The position numbers and the translations under genes are program-made. A stretch of 63,906 nucleotides of DNA, the filler included, from Stramenopiles sp. TOSAG23-2 (taxonomy: Eukaryota), in the NCBI GenBank assembly GCA_900128395.1. It is 3 parts of 3 records of this genome, joined end to end, with 100 filler letters (N's around TTAATTAATTAA, not from the genome) between each part and the next. Parts side by side here need not be neighbours in the genome. Positions count along the whole stretch, not along the records: positions 22,636 to 45,090 come from LT649512.1; 2 more parts are not named here. The stretch is one strand, 5' to 3'. Below are positions 33,001 through 42,308 of the stretch, piece by piece (position 1 is the stretch's first letter; each line of letters opens with the position of its first letter). A model generated the notes under the pieces. It did no database searches. It saw only the letters and a program-made list of their open reading frames with translations, and was not told the origin of the DNA.

Positions 33001-35219
33001 CAAATTGGTTAGTTCGTTTGACGCCAGAGCAACACGAACGTTTCATGCAATTGAAAGAACGATTTACTGCTGAGCTTGAAAACCGCGAGCTCATTAAGGA
33101 CATGGAAGATCATGCTCATGCTGAAGAGGAAGCAAATGCACAACGTTTAAGGGAACACTACGATTGGGGAAAAGGCCAACTACGATTGGAAGAATTTCAA
33201 AAGCGTCGCGCTGCACGATTGCAAAAAGGTGTCGAAAATCCTGAAGGGCTACCTGAAGATGTTTTGAATGCAAGGGAGGAATTAAAGGAAATTGCTGAAG
33301 GTGCACAAGGTCGATTAGTTAAAGGTTTGTATGGTAGAGACAGGCAATGGTGTGATCCAAATTTTCCACACACCGACGATTCAATTGGCTACTTTGAAGG
33401 CCGATCGTACGTTAAAGGTTGGCGTGCAGCTGCTGGAATTAATGCAGATGCAAAATTATTTGAAGGTGGTACTGATCCAGACGATGTACATCAAGGTATT
33501 TTACATAATGGTTGGTTGTTGAGCGCCATTCAAATATTAGCCGCTTCAGGTGGAGTTGGCGATGATGATGTAGATCCTTTATTAGCCAACATTTTCAAGG
33601 TGCATGAGGATCTTACACACACTACTGATAATGGGGCTTATGCCGTCCGTTTGTTTAAAAACGGTCAATGGGAAGCGGTCATTGTTGATGATTACTTTCC
33701 AGTATTGGACGACAAATATAAAGATTCAAAATCAGCAGGTGCAGCTTTTGCTCATTCAACCCAGATGGAAGAAATTTGGGTTGCTTTGTTGGAGAAAGCG
33801 ATGGCAAAATATTATGGCACGTATTCAGCTTTAGAGACTGGATTTGTCCATTTTGCATTACAAGATTTGACAGGTGGTGAATCAGAGGCAATTTCCATTT
33901 CACAATCCAGCCGTGGCAGCAATAAGCAGTTGTTTTGGACGAAATTAATAAAATATCGTCGCAATAAATACCTTCTGGGAGCAAGCACTGTAAGTTCAGA
34001 CTCTGCGGACCGGGAAATTTTAGATTCTGGCTTAGTTTTTGGAGCTTGCTATACAATTTTGCAAATTTTCGAATTTGATGGCTTGAAATTATTGCAACTT
34101 CGTAATCCACCTGGTGATCATGGAGAATGGAAAGGTGATTGGGGTGATGATTCTCCATTATGGACGAGAAGGATGAAAGCAAAATTGGATTATTCAGATG
34201 ATGAGGATGATGGCTGCTTCTTTATGTCATTTGATGATTTCTGCTCTAATTTCAAAACACTTTACGTCGGACGTTATTATGACCCGGACAAATGGTCTTA
34301 TCAACAATGGACGGATTGGTGGAAAGCAAAAGAAGAGACCGATGCTGGCTTACCAAGTAAACATAATCCAAATTGCGTTGTCGCAAATAATCCACAATTT
34401 GGATTGTTTGTCCCTAGACCGTGTGATCTATGCATCACGTTGTCACAAACGGATGATGGCATGGCCATTGGTGAAACAATTGAATGTGCAATGTATGTAT
34501 TAAGGCCTTCTGATGAAAATGGTCGAATGGCACAAGAAAGTGAGCGTGTCGAATCATTGCCAATGGAGAAAATAGTTGCTCATACGGGTGATCCACAAGA
34601 TTTAAGAGAACAGACGATTTATTGTACATTGGATCCTGGTTATTATACAATATTATGTGCAGCATATAAAAATGGAGAAGAAGGGCCATTCACTATAAAA
34701 GTCCATTCGAATTATGAGGTTACCATGTCTCAAATATGGCCACCATTGTGGAAGAAGAAGGGCTTGGCAGGTCCAGAAAAGACGTTGAAAGAGAAATTGT
34801 TAGAGAAGACAAAGGGTGGTTTAAGCGCCCTTGGTAATGCCGGGGCAAATTTAGCAGCAAAAGCTCATAAAGCAGCTATGGACAAAGTCAAACAGAATAC
34901 GGACTGGGTTAAAGAGAAAACTGCTGATGAATTAGCGGAAGAAAGACTTTTGAACGAGGAAAATAGAATTGATGATGAAATTCAAGAACCAGAGGATGAA
35001 AAGACCCTTCGTATTGGGAAAGAAATGAAAAAGCTTTGGAAAAGAAGAACTGATCCAAGTGGTAAAGATTATTATTATAATAAAGAAACTGGTTTGTCAA
35101 CCTTTGACAAACCTGAAGGTTTCATGGAAAAACGTGAAATTAGAGCATTGGAGAAAAAAGTCGAAACAGAAAAAACTAGAGCCGATGTGCGTGCAAGGGC
35201 TAGAGGTTTAAACAAGTAG
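27012..35219 (+). CDS. Large membrane calpain-like protein: signal peptide, Cys-rich/C2 region, many TM helices, CysPc and domain III with substituted catalytic residues, C-terminal WW
   Basis: Hydrophobic N-terminus. C2 motifs VVGAKNLPAKD...SDPYVKI...NDENPKW...VEVFDED...DDLLG. Roughly 20 hydrophobic segments. Calpain motifs WCDPNFP, GAYAVRLFKNGQWEAVIVDDYFP, WVALLEKAMAKYYGTY, LQDLTGG, EWKGDWGD, FFMSFDDF and NNPQF. WW motif WKRRTDPSGKDYYYNKETGLSTFDKP. Confidence 0.9.
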   Translation: MGKPQLLIPLLMTIAITFPDVIYSCKEDMDCSTIYPSQGRCTTGLGKRKEKGCICSCSIQDIKSGICDNPNGVTPEVLQDRHNEWFGVKEGNVDSTTYAFPKPLGFTGATCNVPLPQSVHSCSRQKKQFGDGYFGSCRAEVDAVGQRNGKDRTTEKQGGNVTFYVVGAKNLPAKDSEFAIASDPYVKITIPAHCSNPDPDYNDNLNSPVCTEPEVCDCANPSGDCCKIACDCENPKKGKGIFTHVMIRTTEVISNDENPKWPGIGEPLYFGVQESGQPYNVEVFDEDAGFELFPNLADDLLGSATDYIFACSSLDVQTPALFVDDRAPYDYGEIWAYNKRCDGDATTRCTFNDDCQSKLCEGPYSDMNTIYKRGIKCLEATWIPLIPDAAPNYCDGEDAICLQIRMDILPLSVTNIKVNEADANGETLKTRASAVINDEVLTGTKFSMPYVDDAITLINGRTLGGWAGARGGMIVQTFKNSRAVNNKSPNFITFTVNLDCEIFIFRENDANFRGKFDGDARPLAWMEAYEFEYDIELEAKFPGQADTEVWSGWRKKFKNDPDDPSSPQFPLTLTFGGNNNVVEGEVDINGNPAGDSNPDSHYIIIIKSLNTEGDIIRNVRKDFNFMDVFFGELVKFGIPIAIFSWIIALFLDKIDYRLDRIECYLIDMLKEFEEMDEPYLIGGLFIGFSLEPSEEDPSNLRFRRHLYYAATTIRMLVAIPFLSIFCFGAVCIYTVQPPAIGFAIILVLYPVFIAWAAKKKWDMLGWRLSYDVLKMFQVSFVMLMVYLILSPLIDPAYFKLPGDNTTRLPVDTFSVTCVSMALNMLPMMVIAFINDEELSKSFKQMTAVVSKNQKLSRAKDKLKKIGTLGLKLRMMKANHEQANNTGVPEPKEKDHTMADYLGEDYTIDGRLSAFNHSDPMATGMFASRRERVKTSQRLYTASIVVLALYNLIMETEGAAKYSGQAFGLSLTVVALDMCFWLRFRGKCEWGPGYTVMLLIACRACLVIFCGDYWLIGCAGAYFVLGVALGNDIVDYRLKIMNSYEIGAVAFFGNVEKEKNNDIAASPEFVLGVLSFEFLVLLLGAIFLISPEAMPKFSILTQQWPVWIFGLMSFFVVILYALSITTSRSYYLRAKGLLSSELFFFRRNIKVPEVLAAATYGWLQLLGLMMYALTDSHLFLELTILLPIITGLGSSLLNVWRKNDYEFLPSFTKPERRVEQKEKNDDDDDEEEDKEDYEGKSSAFTGFALPPLQKGDDGENSGGFLGGLGGNIKMPALPMRSAFGSKQQAEASQNGRDSGGYGDSGRQASMDMMTQGKFVLKDQWELEDRKLIDPRDMLSFEALMKGKLSPNDYFIVANLLVFLFAIFVLGFIMTLTLEDAYKWTGFAFTGGMYLMICTAFPIIKYFNILKWTWDMIVCLVIAGMIDIGGGLFFWLVILGDANPRKGEIDINSNMALACLIITFYYPLLVLTGAAIYKWHDDQWHDGKFVKIVMPVSFFFIIILNVILYLWSPMRPPYNIYPGLVFTLVFATASTCLFLLRIWTKNDHYLPPKYQRRLKSTLAGISAVSFAVGIFSTTNDTLVFAMSIGFLCYIVLLFGEVLGWHFARPAVSPMYVAHCVFPMYTYNPATNNIREETGIGLTMYAGFGVTLIWGIFCIMFVNPIGLGVAITAGMLLAFTTVTLHLISLTPQLLGEATKCVDQALLEFSGGEACKYFELRRSMVTPKSRKWTRIDEKEREEQKMLNRYAAKKKDEDDGPRQEPGRSKAFKAAQAVENINFSMEFEDFESMYYGKRRFDAIFNFSSALSDCFRHGGGPLAFFCCMGRMSICCRALSCCKKRGRNKYKKKKKKKKKKRAVMPSKSEEGEEKDDEEEKSHEESDEEKEEESGEESEEEEEEEEEKKPLKEEPKLPLRNYVKLFGQLRKLDRQLNKEYEEEIRMLIHFELLVVVAAKSRIEKESTLFQMFLRENRFKLLANGVKPPADIFRSNSYATIDVGLVANWLVRLTPEQHERFMQLKERFTAELENRELIKDMEDHAHAEEEANAQRLREHYDWGKGQLRLEEFQKRRAARLQKGVENPEGLPEDVLNAREELKEIAEGAQGRLVKGLYGRDRQWCDPNFPHTDDSIGYFEGRSYVKGWRAAAGINADAKLFEGGTDPDDVHQGILHNGWLLSAIQILAASGGVGDDDVDPLLANIFKVHEDLTHTTDNGAYAVRLFKNGQWEAVIVDDYFPVLDDKYKDSKSAGAAFAHSTQMEEIWVALLEKAMAKYYGTYSALETGFVHFALQDLTGGESEAISISQSSRGSNKQLFWTKLIKYRRNKYLLGASTVSSDSADREILDSGLVFGACYTILQIFEFDGLKLLQLRNPPGDHGEWKGDWGDDSPLWTRRMKAKLDYSDDEDDGCFFMSFDDFCSNFKTLYVGRYYDPDKWSYQQWTDWWKAKEETDAGLPSKHNPNCVVANNPQFGLFVPRPCDLCITLSQTDDGMAIGETIECAMYVLRPSDENGRMAQESERVESLPMEKIVAHTGDPQDLREQTIYCTLDPGYYTILCAAYKNGEEGPFTIKVHSNYEVTMSQIWPPLWKKKGLAGPEKTLKEKLLEKTKGGLSALGNAGANLAAKAHKAAMDKVKQNTDWVKEKTADELAEERLLNEENRIDDEIQEPEDEKTLRIGKEMKKLWKRRTDPSGKDYYYNKETGLSTFDKPEGFMEKREIRALEKKVETEKTRADVRARARGLNK

Positions 35220-35983
35220 TATTAATAATTTTTAGTATATTAATACTATGCATAGATATGATATGATGATATCATATATATGATACGACTATCGAGAGAA
35301 TATCATAATATGCATATAAAAATAATTCTCTTATTTATAATATTTAAAGATTTTATTTACTCATAATCTTATATTCACTATATATGTGTAATTACCAGAA
35401 ATAATTAAATACTACGCGTACGTCGTACGAAGTATTAGTTCGTATTATCTAGACAGAATTGCATAAAATGAAAGAGTGTGGAAGAATTATTTATGTTGTG
35501 TAGATCCCGGGGAATCAAGAGCGGTAACTGCTGGTCGTGGTTGTTTTTGTTTCTTTTTGACTGGTCGTCGTCGCTCTTTAACTCGCGCCGCTATATTTTG
35601 GGAATCTGAAGTATCATTAGTGGGTAAGTGCATAATCTGAGGCAGTATCGATCGCCCATACAATTCCATGGCTACTGTATGACTTTTTGTCTGAATTGCG
35701 TGTGTAGCGCTGAAATGTTGTTTTCTCGATTGCCATGTTCGGCATATATATACTTCGTACGTATGTTATGTAAGAACACTACAATTCCATGGCTACTGTA
35801 TGACTTTTTGTCTGAATTGCGTGTGTAGCGCTGAAATGTTGTTTTCTCGATTGCCATGTTCGGCATATATATACTTCGTACGTATGTTATGTAAGAACAC
35901 TCCGTATTTTGTATTACACTCAGCCCGAAAATGATACTTCTTTGAGTAGGATCTCTCGGTATTCCTCTATTTAATTTCTCATC

Positions 35984-37048
35984 TCACACATTATTGAAAT
36001 TTCGCCTCGACTGTAAACCTGATACATCATCATGATCTAACGCAATTTTCTTCTTCTTCTTTTGTTGTTGTATATAAGAATATAATCCAACACCAATAAA
36101 TGCAAGTATCATACCATTGCGATTTAAAGAAGAAATTTTTTTATCAAAAAGGTATATGGTTACTATGATCGAACATATTCGTTGTACTATTTTTGCAATG
36201 TTTTGTGACAATGGTTGCAAGACAGCCAAACCTTGCCATGCACATAAGCTTGCAACCCACTGTAATGTAGCACCAAAAATAATCTTCTTCAATGGAATGA
36301 GCAATATATCGCCATATAATACTTCTTCTACAAATGCAAGGGGAAAAATGCCAATTGTAGCACATACGGCCAGTTCAAAATGCCCTAGAACGGTTGTCCG
36401 CAAGGAATTCCATAAATCTGTTTCAGGAACTTTTGGCAATATATGTAGCTTTATATAAATTCTTTGAAACGAGCCTAAGCAAGTAGCAACAATAGCTGCT
36501 GCAGCGCCAATAATATTGAATTCGTAATCCCCCGATGCAGCAAGCATCGCACCAGCTAATATTGGTATTAAAGATATGTAGACATTCGTTGGGTATGATT
36601 TATTTAACCACAATTTACTTATAATCACCAATGCAAATGGCGACGTCGCCTTCAGCGTTTGAAAAAGCGAAACAGAAATTAATTTATACGCTAGTAATGA
36701 TAAATATTTGGATGCTATCATACTAACTATTGTTGGAAGCATAATTTTCCATTTTGAATAGACCGTTTTCTTGACTTGTATTAACGATATATCGTTAAAG
36801 GAAAAATTTAAAAGCATGTAATCAAGTATTATTGCTACTAAAAAATTGATAAACCCTAAGGTTAATGGCAATACTTTTTGTCCTTTTTTTAATAAACTTT
36901 TATTTGTTGCGGTAGCAGTTATTTGACAAGTATACCATATAAAAATAATAGAAATAACACGACCATTTCTATTGAAAAAGGATGATGATGTTGTATGGTC
37001 TTTTTTATTCTCATCCTGATTTTTCCCATTCTCTTTTTCTATTTCCAT
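35984..37048 (-). CDS. Triose-phosphate/nucleotide-sugar transporter family protein (SLC35E-like, DMT superfamily)
   Basis: Motifs WY...NKSLL, ISVSLFQTLKATSPF, YISLIPILAGAMLA, EFNIIG, PLSQNIAKIVQR and GVGLYSY. Confidence 0.85.
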   Translation of the reverse strand: MEIEKENGKNQDENKKDHTTSSSFFNRNGRVISIIFIWYTCQITATATNKSLLKKGQKVLPLTLGFINFLVAIILDYMLLNFSFNDISLIQVKKTVYSKWKIMLPTIVSMIASKYLSLLAYKLISVSLFQTLKATSPFALVIISKLWLNKSYPTNVYISLIPILAGAMLAASGDYEFNIIGAAAAIVATCLGSFQRIYIKLHILPKVPETDLWNSLRTTVLGHFELAVCATIGIFPLAFVEEVLYGDILLIPLKKIIFGATLQWVASLCAWQGLAVLQPLSQNIAKIVQRICSIIVTIYLFDKKISSLNRNGMILAFIGVGLYSYIQQQKKKKKIALDHDDVSGLQSRRNFNNV

Positions 37049-38304
37049 TTTGTATTTTTCTCCGTTTTAATTATCTATCTATCTGTCTATCTACATATAT
37101 GTACATATATATCAACCACAATGTTTGTTTCGATCAATTCCTAACACATGAGCTACTCGGTCCCTTCACATTAATGGTGTCTCGTCTTCTACGTCTTGCT
37201 TCTCTCCTTTTAAAATGAAGCAAGGAGCGAAGAGCGAAGCGACGTATAACACATGAGCTACAGTATATATTTCATATATGGCCAGCTGAAATATTATGGA
37301 TTGAGAATGTCTCGTCTTCTACGTCTTGCTTCTCTCCTTTTAAAATGAAGCAAGGAGCGAAGAGCGAAGCGACGTATAACACATGAGCTACAGTATATAT
37401 TTCATATATGGCCAGCTGAAATATTATGGATTGAGAAGATGATTTGCACATTTGCAAATTATTATTATAAAAAAAAAATTGCAGTGCCCTAGTTAATGTC
37501 AAAAGACGTTTAATATATAAAACAATCCTATTCAGTGCTATTTTAAAATATATACTTGATAGACTATAAATTTTGATTGGAAAGCATGAAATGAGGATAA
37601 AAATCAATCATTTTTGCGGAAATATTTACCATTTTCAAGGAAGAAATGTGTGAAAAATGTGAAAATTGGAATTCAGTGCTATTTTAAAATATATACTTGA
37701 TAGACTATAAATTTTGATTGGAAAGCATGAAATGAGGATAAAAATCAATCATTTTTGCGGAAATATTTACCATTTTCAAGGAAGAAATGTGTGAAAAATG
37801 TGAAAATTGGAAATCAATATGAATACCTATCAAAATATCATAAATTATACTTCAACGGGTAATTAGAATACCAAAAATGATAAGGATAAAAATAACACTA
37901 AATAGCATTGTTTTTCCTCAGGGATGATAATATGAGTATTTTTCATCTATTCTTTTTTTGATTTTTGATTTTATCATTCGGCATTTTGGCACTTTGATGA
38001 ACACATGTGCACATCTTATTTTCATAACAATCTTTATATAAAACAATTAGTAGTAGTCGTCATCTAGAATTATTGATAAATGATTAAGTGATTGTAAATA
38101 CATGTGTATGGACAATATAGACGACTGTATGTTTAAAAGATTTTGATAAACTGTTATACTATTCTGGGGACAAGTTTGTATAGATCGTATTTCATACATG
38201 TGTATGGACAATATAGACGACTGTATGTTTAAAAGATTTTGATAAACTGTTATACTATTCTGGGGACAAGTTTGTATAGATCGTATTTCCATTTGATAAA
38301 TAAG

Positions 38305-39102
38305 ATGTTGCCAAAATTACCAAAAATGAAGAGTAAAAACAAACAAAAAAAGAATAATGAAGTTCCAACAATAATGGATGAACATACGAGCGTTATGATA
38401 GAAAAAGAGGAGGAAGATGATGATGTAAGTAATAATGGTGATGATGAAGAAGAAGATTATGATGAGGATGATGTCGATGAAAATGTAAATACATCTGAAG
38501 ATGCAATGGAATTATTTGTTAAATTATACAATATCGTTACAAATGTAAGACGTGTTGCGTTTATACAATTAACAACATTTTTTGTTTTATTAATTGTATC
38601 CGCGACAGTTAGTAAACGTTATGCGTGGACAAAAGCTGTGCATACTGTTACTTTTTTAATTTTCAATCTTGAAACAATATTATGGATCAAAACATTTAGT
38701 AGTATTTATCCTACATTAGTTGGCATATATAGCTGGTATTATGATACATTTCAAAAGCCATGTTTACACATTTCATTGTACCGACATCTTATAATAAGTT
38801 CATTTATTGATTTAATATTCAGTTTATCATTATTTTTCACAACAATTAATGCCTATCATCATAAAATTAAAAGTGTGATGCCCTTTGCATATTTTGCTTT
38901 CTCGTTTTTATTGTCTTTATTTTGTAGCATTGGAAATGGTTACATATTAACAATACGCAAAATATTATTAATATATGATGATGATGAATATGGTGGTGGA
39001 ATATATAGTACAATTAGTCCGGATGATGATGATGAACATATAGCAGATGATATAGACGATATGGTTGAGGATGAATTAGAGACAAATTTTAATACTGTGT
39101 AA
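38305..39102 (+). CDS. Hypothetical membrane protein with about 4 TM segments and acidic termini
   Basis: ATG at 38305; Asp/Glu-rich ends flank several hydrophobic stretches. Confidence 0.65.
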   Translation: MLPKLPKMKSKNKQKKNNEVPTIMDEHTSVMIEKEEEDDDVSNNGDDEEEDYDEDDVDENVNTSEDAMELFVKLYNIVTNVRRVAFIQLTTFFVLLIVSATVSKRYAWTKAVHTVTFLIFNLETILWIKTFSSIYPTLVGIYSWYYDTFQKPCLHISLYRHLIISSFIDLIFSLSLFFTTINAYHHKIKSVMPFAYFAFSFLLSLFCSIGNGYILTIRKILLIYDDDEYGGGIYSTISPDDDDEHIADDIDDMVEDELETNFNTV

Positions 39103-39545
39103 GAATGAAAAAAAACATTTTTTTTTTATTACGGGCTTTTGAGTTATATTTTTAAATAAAAAAATGTGTACTTCATAATAATCTCAACACTTTTATAGAC
39201 GATATGGTTGAGGATGAATTAGAGACAAATTTTAATACTGTGTAAGAATGAAAAAAAACATTTTTTTTTTATTACGGGCTTTTGAGTTATATTTTTAAAT
39301 AAAAAAAATGTGTACTTCATAATAATCTCAACACTTTCATACAAAGTTTCCCCCTTGTCCTTTATGTTTATTTGTTCTCTCTCGATCTCTCTAAAACCCC
39401 CTCTTCCTCACATCGTAAAACCTTTTAAGACATTTAATGCTTTACTTTTCAATCGATCACTACTACGTTTAGGCAAAGATTGCTGCTCGTTTCTACTCAC
39501 ATTATCTTCATGTTCTCTCTCGATCTCTCTAAAACCCCCTCTTCC

Positions 39546-41573
39546 TCACATCGTAAAACCTTTTAAGACATTTAATGCTTTACTTTTCAATCGATCACTA
39601 CTACGTTTAGGCAAAGATTGCTGCTCGTTTCTACTCACATTATCTTCATCGCTCTTCCTACCCCCGGATATACCACCAGTTAACATATTATTATGGCTAC
39701 TATCAGCTACTCTTATTGATGGTTTTGGATGCTCAACATCTACACTATTACTACGTTTAACATTAAATTGTCCAGACCATACCTTTAATAAAGAACCAAA
39801 ATGCAATGCAATATCTTTACTCCAAAATTTTTCTTGTGAACGTTTTAATTGACCAACTAATATCAATTGTTGTTTGTACAACCTTGTGCGTAACAAACTA
39901 TGTTGCTCACATAATTTTTTTAAATGTTTAATCGAATTAATAATCTCCTCCTCCGTCTGTGCTTCTTCAAATAACATTTTACCATGTTCAAAATCATCAA
40001 TAATTTCTGCTTTATTGATTCTATCAATACCATCTTTGCTATTACCAGTGGAACCATAATTTTTTTTTACAACTGTGTTTATGGCATCGTTATTATTATT
40101 ATTATTACCACTTATCGAAGAAGTTGGACGAATATTACTTGATGGAAAGAAACCAGTATTATTACTTTTACTTTTACTGCTTTCATTTTGTCCACCCATT
40201 TCCATTTCTATCCTGCTATTTTTTCTTACTTTTCCAATATCATCTCCATCTGGTAAACGATTGTACATACCACCGCTACCATTACCAGGTTGATGATGAT
40301 GATGGTCATCTTCAAATTTTACTTTTCGCATTGCATCATCTATTGCACGTTTTGAATCTTCCCAATTCACACGATTTTCCACTTTGTATCTTGCTTCACG
40401 ATCATAAATCATCTTTGAACAGACTTGGCATAACCAAATAATTGGCACGGAGATCAATAACAATGGTGCACACGCATATACTGGCGCATATACATACAAT
40501 AATTTATATGGTACTTCTTTCTCAGCTAAAAATGCACCAATAAATTTTGCCATAGTAAGTGTTAAATACAATGACGAGGCAACAAGTGTTTTTGCAACGT
40601 ATGAACCATTACTTCTTTTAATACCACTTTTAAAGTTCACGTAGAAAAAAAGCAATAAAACAAGATCAAGCAAATAGGATGGTATTAAAGTAACAAACCA
40701 TGAATATGGTATAACACCTTGCATTTTCAATGGTAAACCTACAAATAGACTAAACCAACATGTTATTACAATCCAAAACAAAGCTGTATAGCAACGATCT
40801 GTTGCATCAATATCACTGCAACATAACAACAATGTGGTAACTAATAATACTAAAGATGGAAAAATCATCAATGGAACAAAATACATTAATGGTGTTGCAT
40901 CGGTAACATGCATTCCAACTTGTATTGTGAAAAACAAAGGCATAATATGGCATAATGAAAATGTACAAAAAAAACTTGCCCTATCACGTCTATCCGACGT
41001 TGTTTCTTCATCATCTCCTTCACGCCTTACTACTAATTGACATGATTTACACGTTGCAAATGCACATGTACCTAATGCAAATATTAACATAGGAAACCAT
41101 ACCCAATAGGCATCAATATGAAATATATGTGCTGCATCATATACATATAATAATACAAACATTGAGATTAAACAAACAGGTAAAGTCAAAACAATTAATG
41201 TTCTTAAAAACTTCCAATTTTCTCCAGGCAATGAAAAGGTACATGGTATATTATTGTTTTGTATGATATTATTTGTATTTTCATCATCATCTTCAACATT
41301 ATTATTATTAGTAAGCATATCCAAAACAGAAACAGTTTCTTCATATTCACTATCATCATCATCGTCATCATCGTCATCATCTTCACTACTTGTTGACCTG
41401 TTGTAATCATCATCCTCATCGTCTTCTTCAGCATTGTTGTGTGGTGTATTACCCCAATTCCTAACATCTTCATTTTCATCATCATCGTCATCAATATCTA
41501 TCCATTGCTCTTCATTATTTTCATCATTATGGTTTTGAAGTAACCCTTCAGATAGTAAATTATTATTATTCAT
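39546..41573 (-). CDS. Multi-pass membrane protein resembling the TMEM185/FAM11 family, with an acidic N-terminus and a helical C-terminal tail
   Basis: Repeated W/Y-x-x-x-x-x-P TM motifs (DAYWVWFPML; LKMQGVIPYSWFVTLIP; PYKLLYVYAP). Likely ATG at 41573. Confidence 0.6.
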   Translation of the reverse strand: MNNNNLLSEGLLQNHNDENNEEQWIDIDDDDDENEDVRNWGNTPHNNAEEDDEDDDYNRSTSSEDDDDDDDDDDSEYEETVSVLDMLTNNNNVEDDDENTNNIIQNNNIPCTFSLPGENWKFLRTLIVLTLPVCLISMFVLLYVYDAAHIFHIDAYWVWFPMLIFALGTCAFATCKSCQLVVRREGDDEETTSDRRDRASFFCTFSLCHIMPLFFTIQVGMHVTDATPLMYFVPLMIFPSLVLLVTTLLLCCSDIDATDRCYTALFWIVITCWFSLFVGLPLKMQGVIPYSWFVTLIPSYLLDLVLLLFFYVNFKSGIKRSNGSYVAKTLVASSLYLTLTMAKFIGAFLAEKEVPYKLLYVYAPVYACAPLLLISVPIIWLCQVCSKMIYDREARYKVENRVNWEDSKRAIDDAMRKVKFEDDHHHHQPGNGSGGMYNRLPDGDDIGKVRKNSRIEMEMGGQNESSKSKSNNTGFFPSSNIRPTSSISGNNNNNNDAINTVVKKNYGSTGNSKDGIDRINKAEIIDDFEHGKMLFEEAQTEEEIINSIKHLKKLCEQHSLLRTRLYKQQLILVGQLKRSQEKFWSKDIALHFGSLLKVWSGQFNVKRSNSVDVEHPKPSIRVADSSHNNMLTGGISGGRKSDEDNVSRNEQQSLPKRSSDRLKSKALNVLKGFTM

Positions 41574-42308
41574 TCTGTAATACGAAAATAATATACTATT
41601 TGTACTACTATTATATATGTAGTATACAAACACTCAAAACGTTTTTTTATTTTTCTCTCCTGTAATTTATGTGTCCACTATTTGTGCATATACTGTAGAT
41701 AGATGGTTTTGCTTTATTGTTTTGTTTATTCTTCTTACTCTCTACATTATACAACTATTTGTCTTTTTGTTTTAGTTTATTACATCTTCGTATATAATAG
41801 CTCACTATTACATGTTTACCTTTTCCAGCTTTCACACCACGTTTATTCTTCTTACTCTCTACATTATACAACTATTTGTCTTTTTGTTTTAGTTTATTAC
41901 ATCTTCGTATATAATAGCTCACTATTACATGTTTACCTTTTCCAGCTTTCACACCACCTTTCTTCATGTAAATAATTGAAAAATATTATAGAAAAATTAT
42001 AACGTACCACTATTGGATTTTTAGTACGAAAAAAAGAACCTTATATATAAAAATCACATACCAAAGAGAATATCTAGACAAATATCATCTCGTGTAATAA
42101 AAGTTGTTGTTTTTACCAGGTAATGTGAAGACGTAGTCGTCTGGTAGTAGGAAAAAAGCAGCAACTTTTTGAAAAAAGGGAGAAATCCATTATATATATA
42201 TTTATATTGTTCGATTTAAAACCCAATACTATTTTTGTATCAAACTCTTATTCCATAAAATTCTCACTCTCTAAATATCTCTCCCCAATATTTCGTACAA
42301 TACGCTTT

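Noticed and set aside
39310-39852. 180-aa plus-strand ORF with an internal repeat
   Set aside because: Antisense translation of the 138-bp duplicated 3' end of the minus-strand membrane protein gene.
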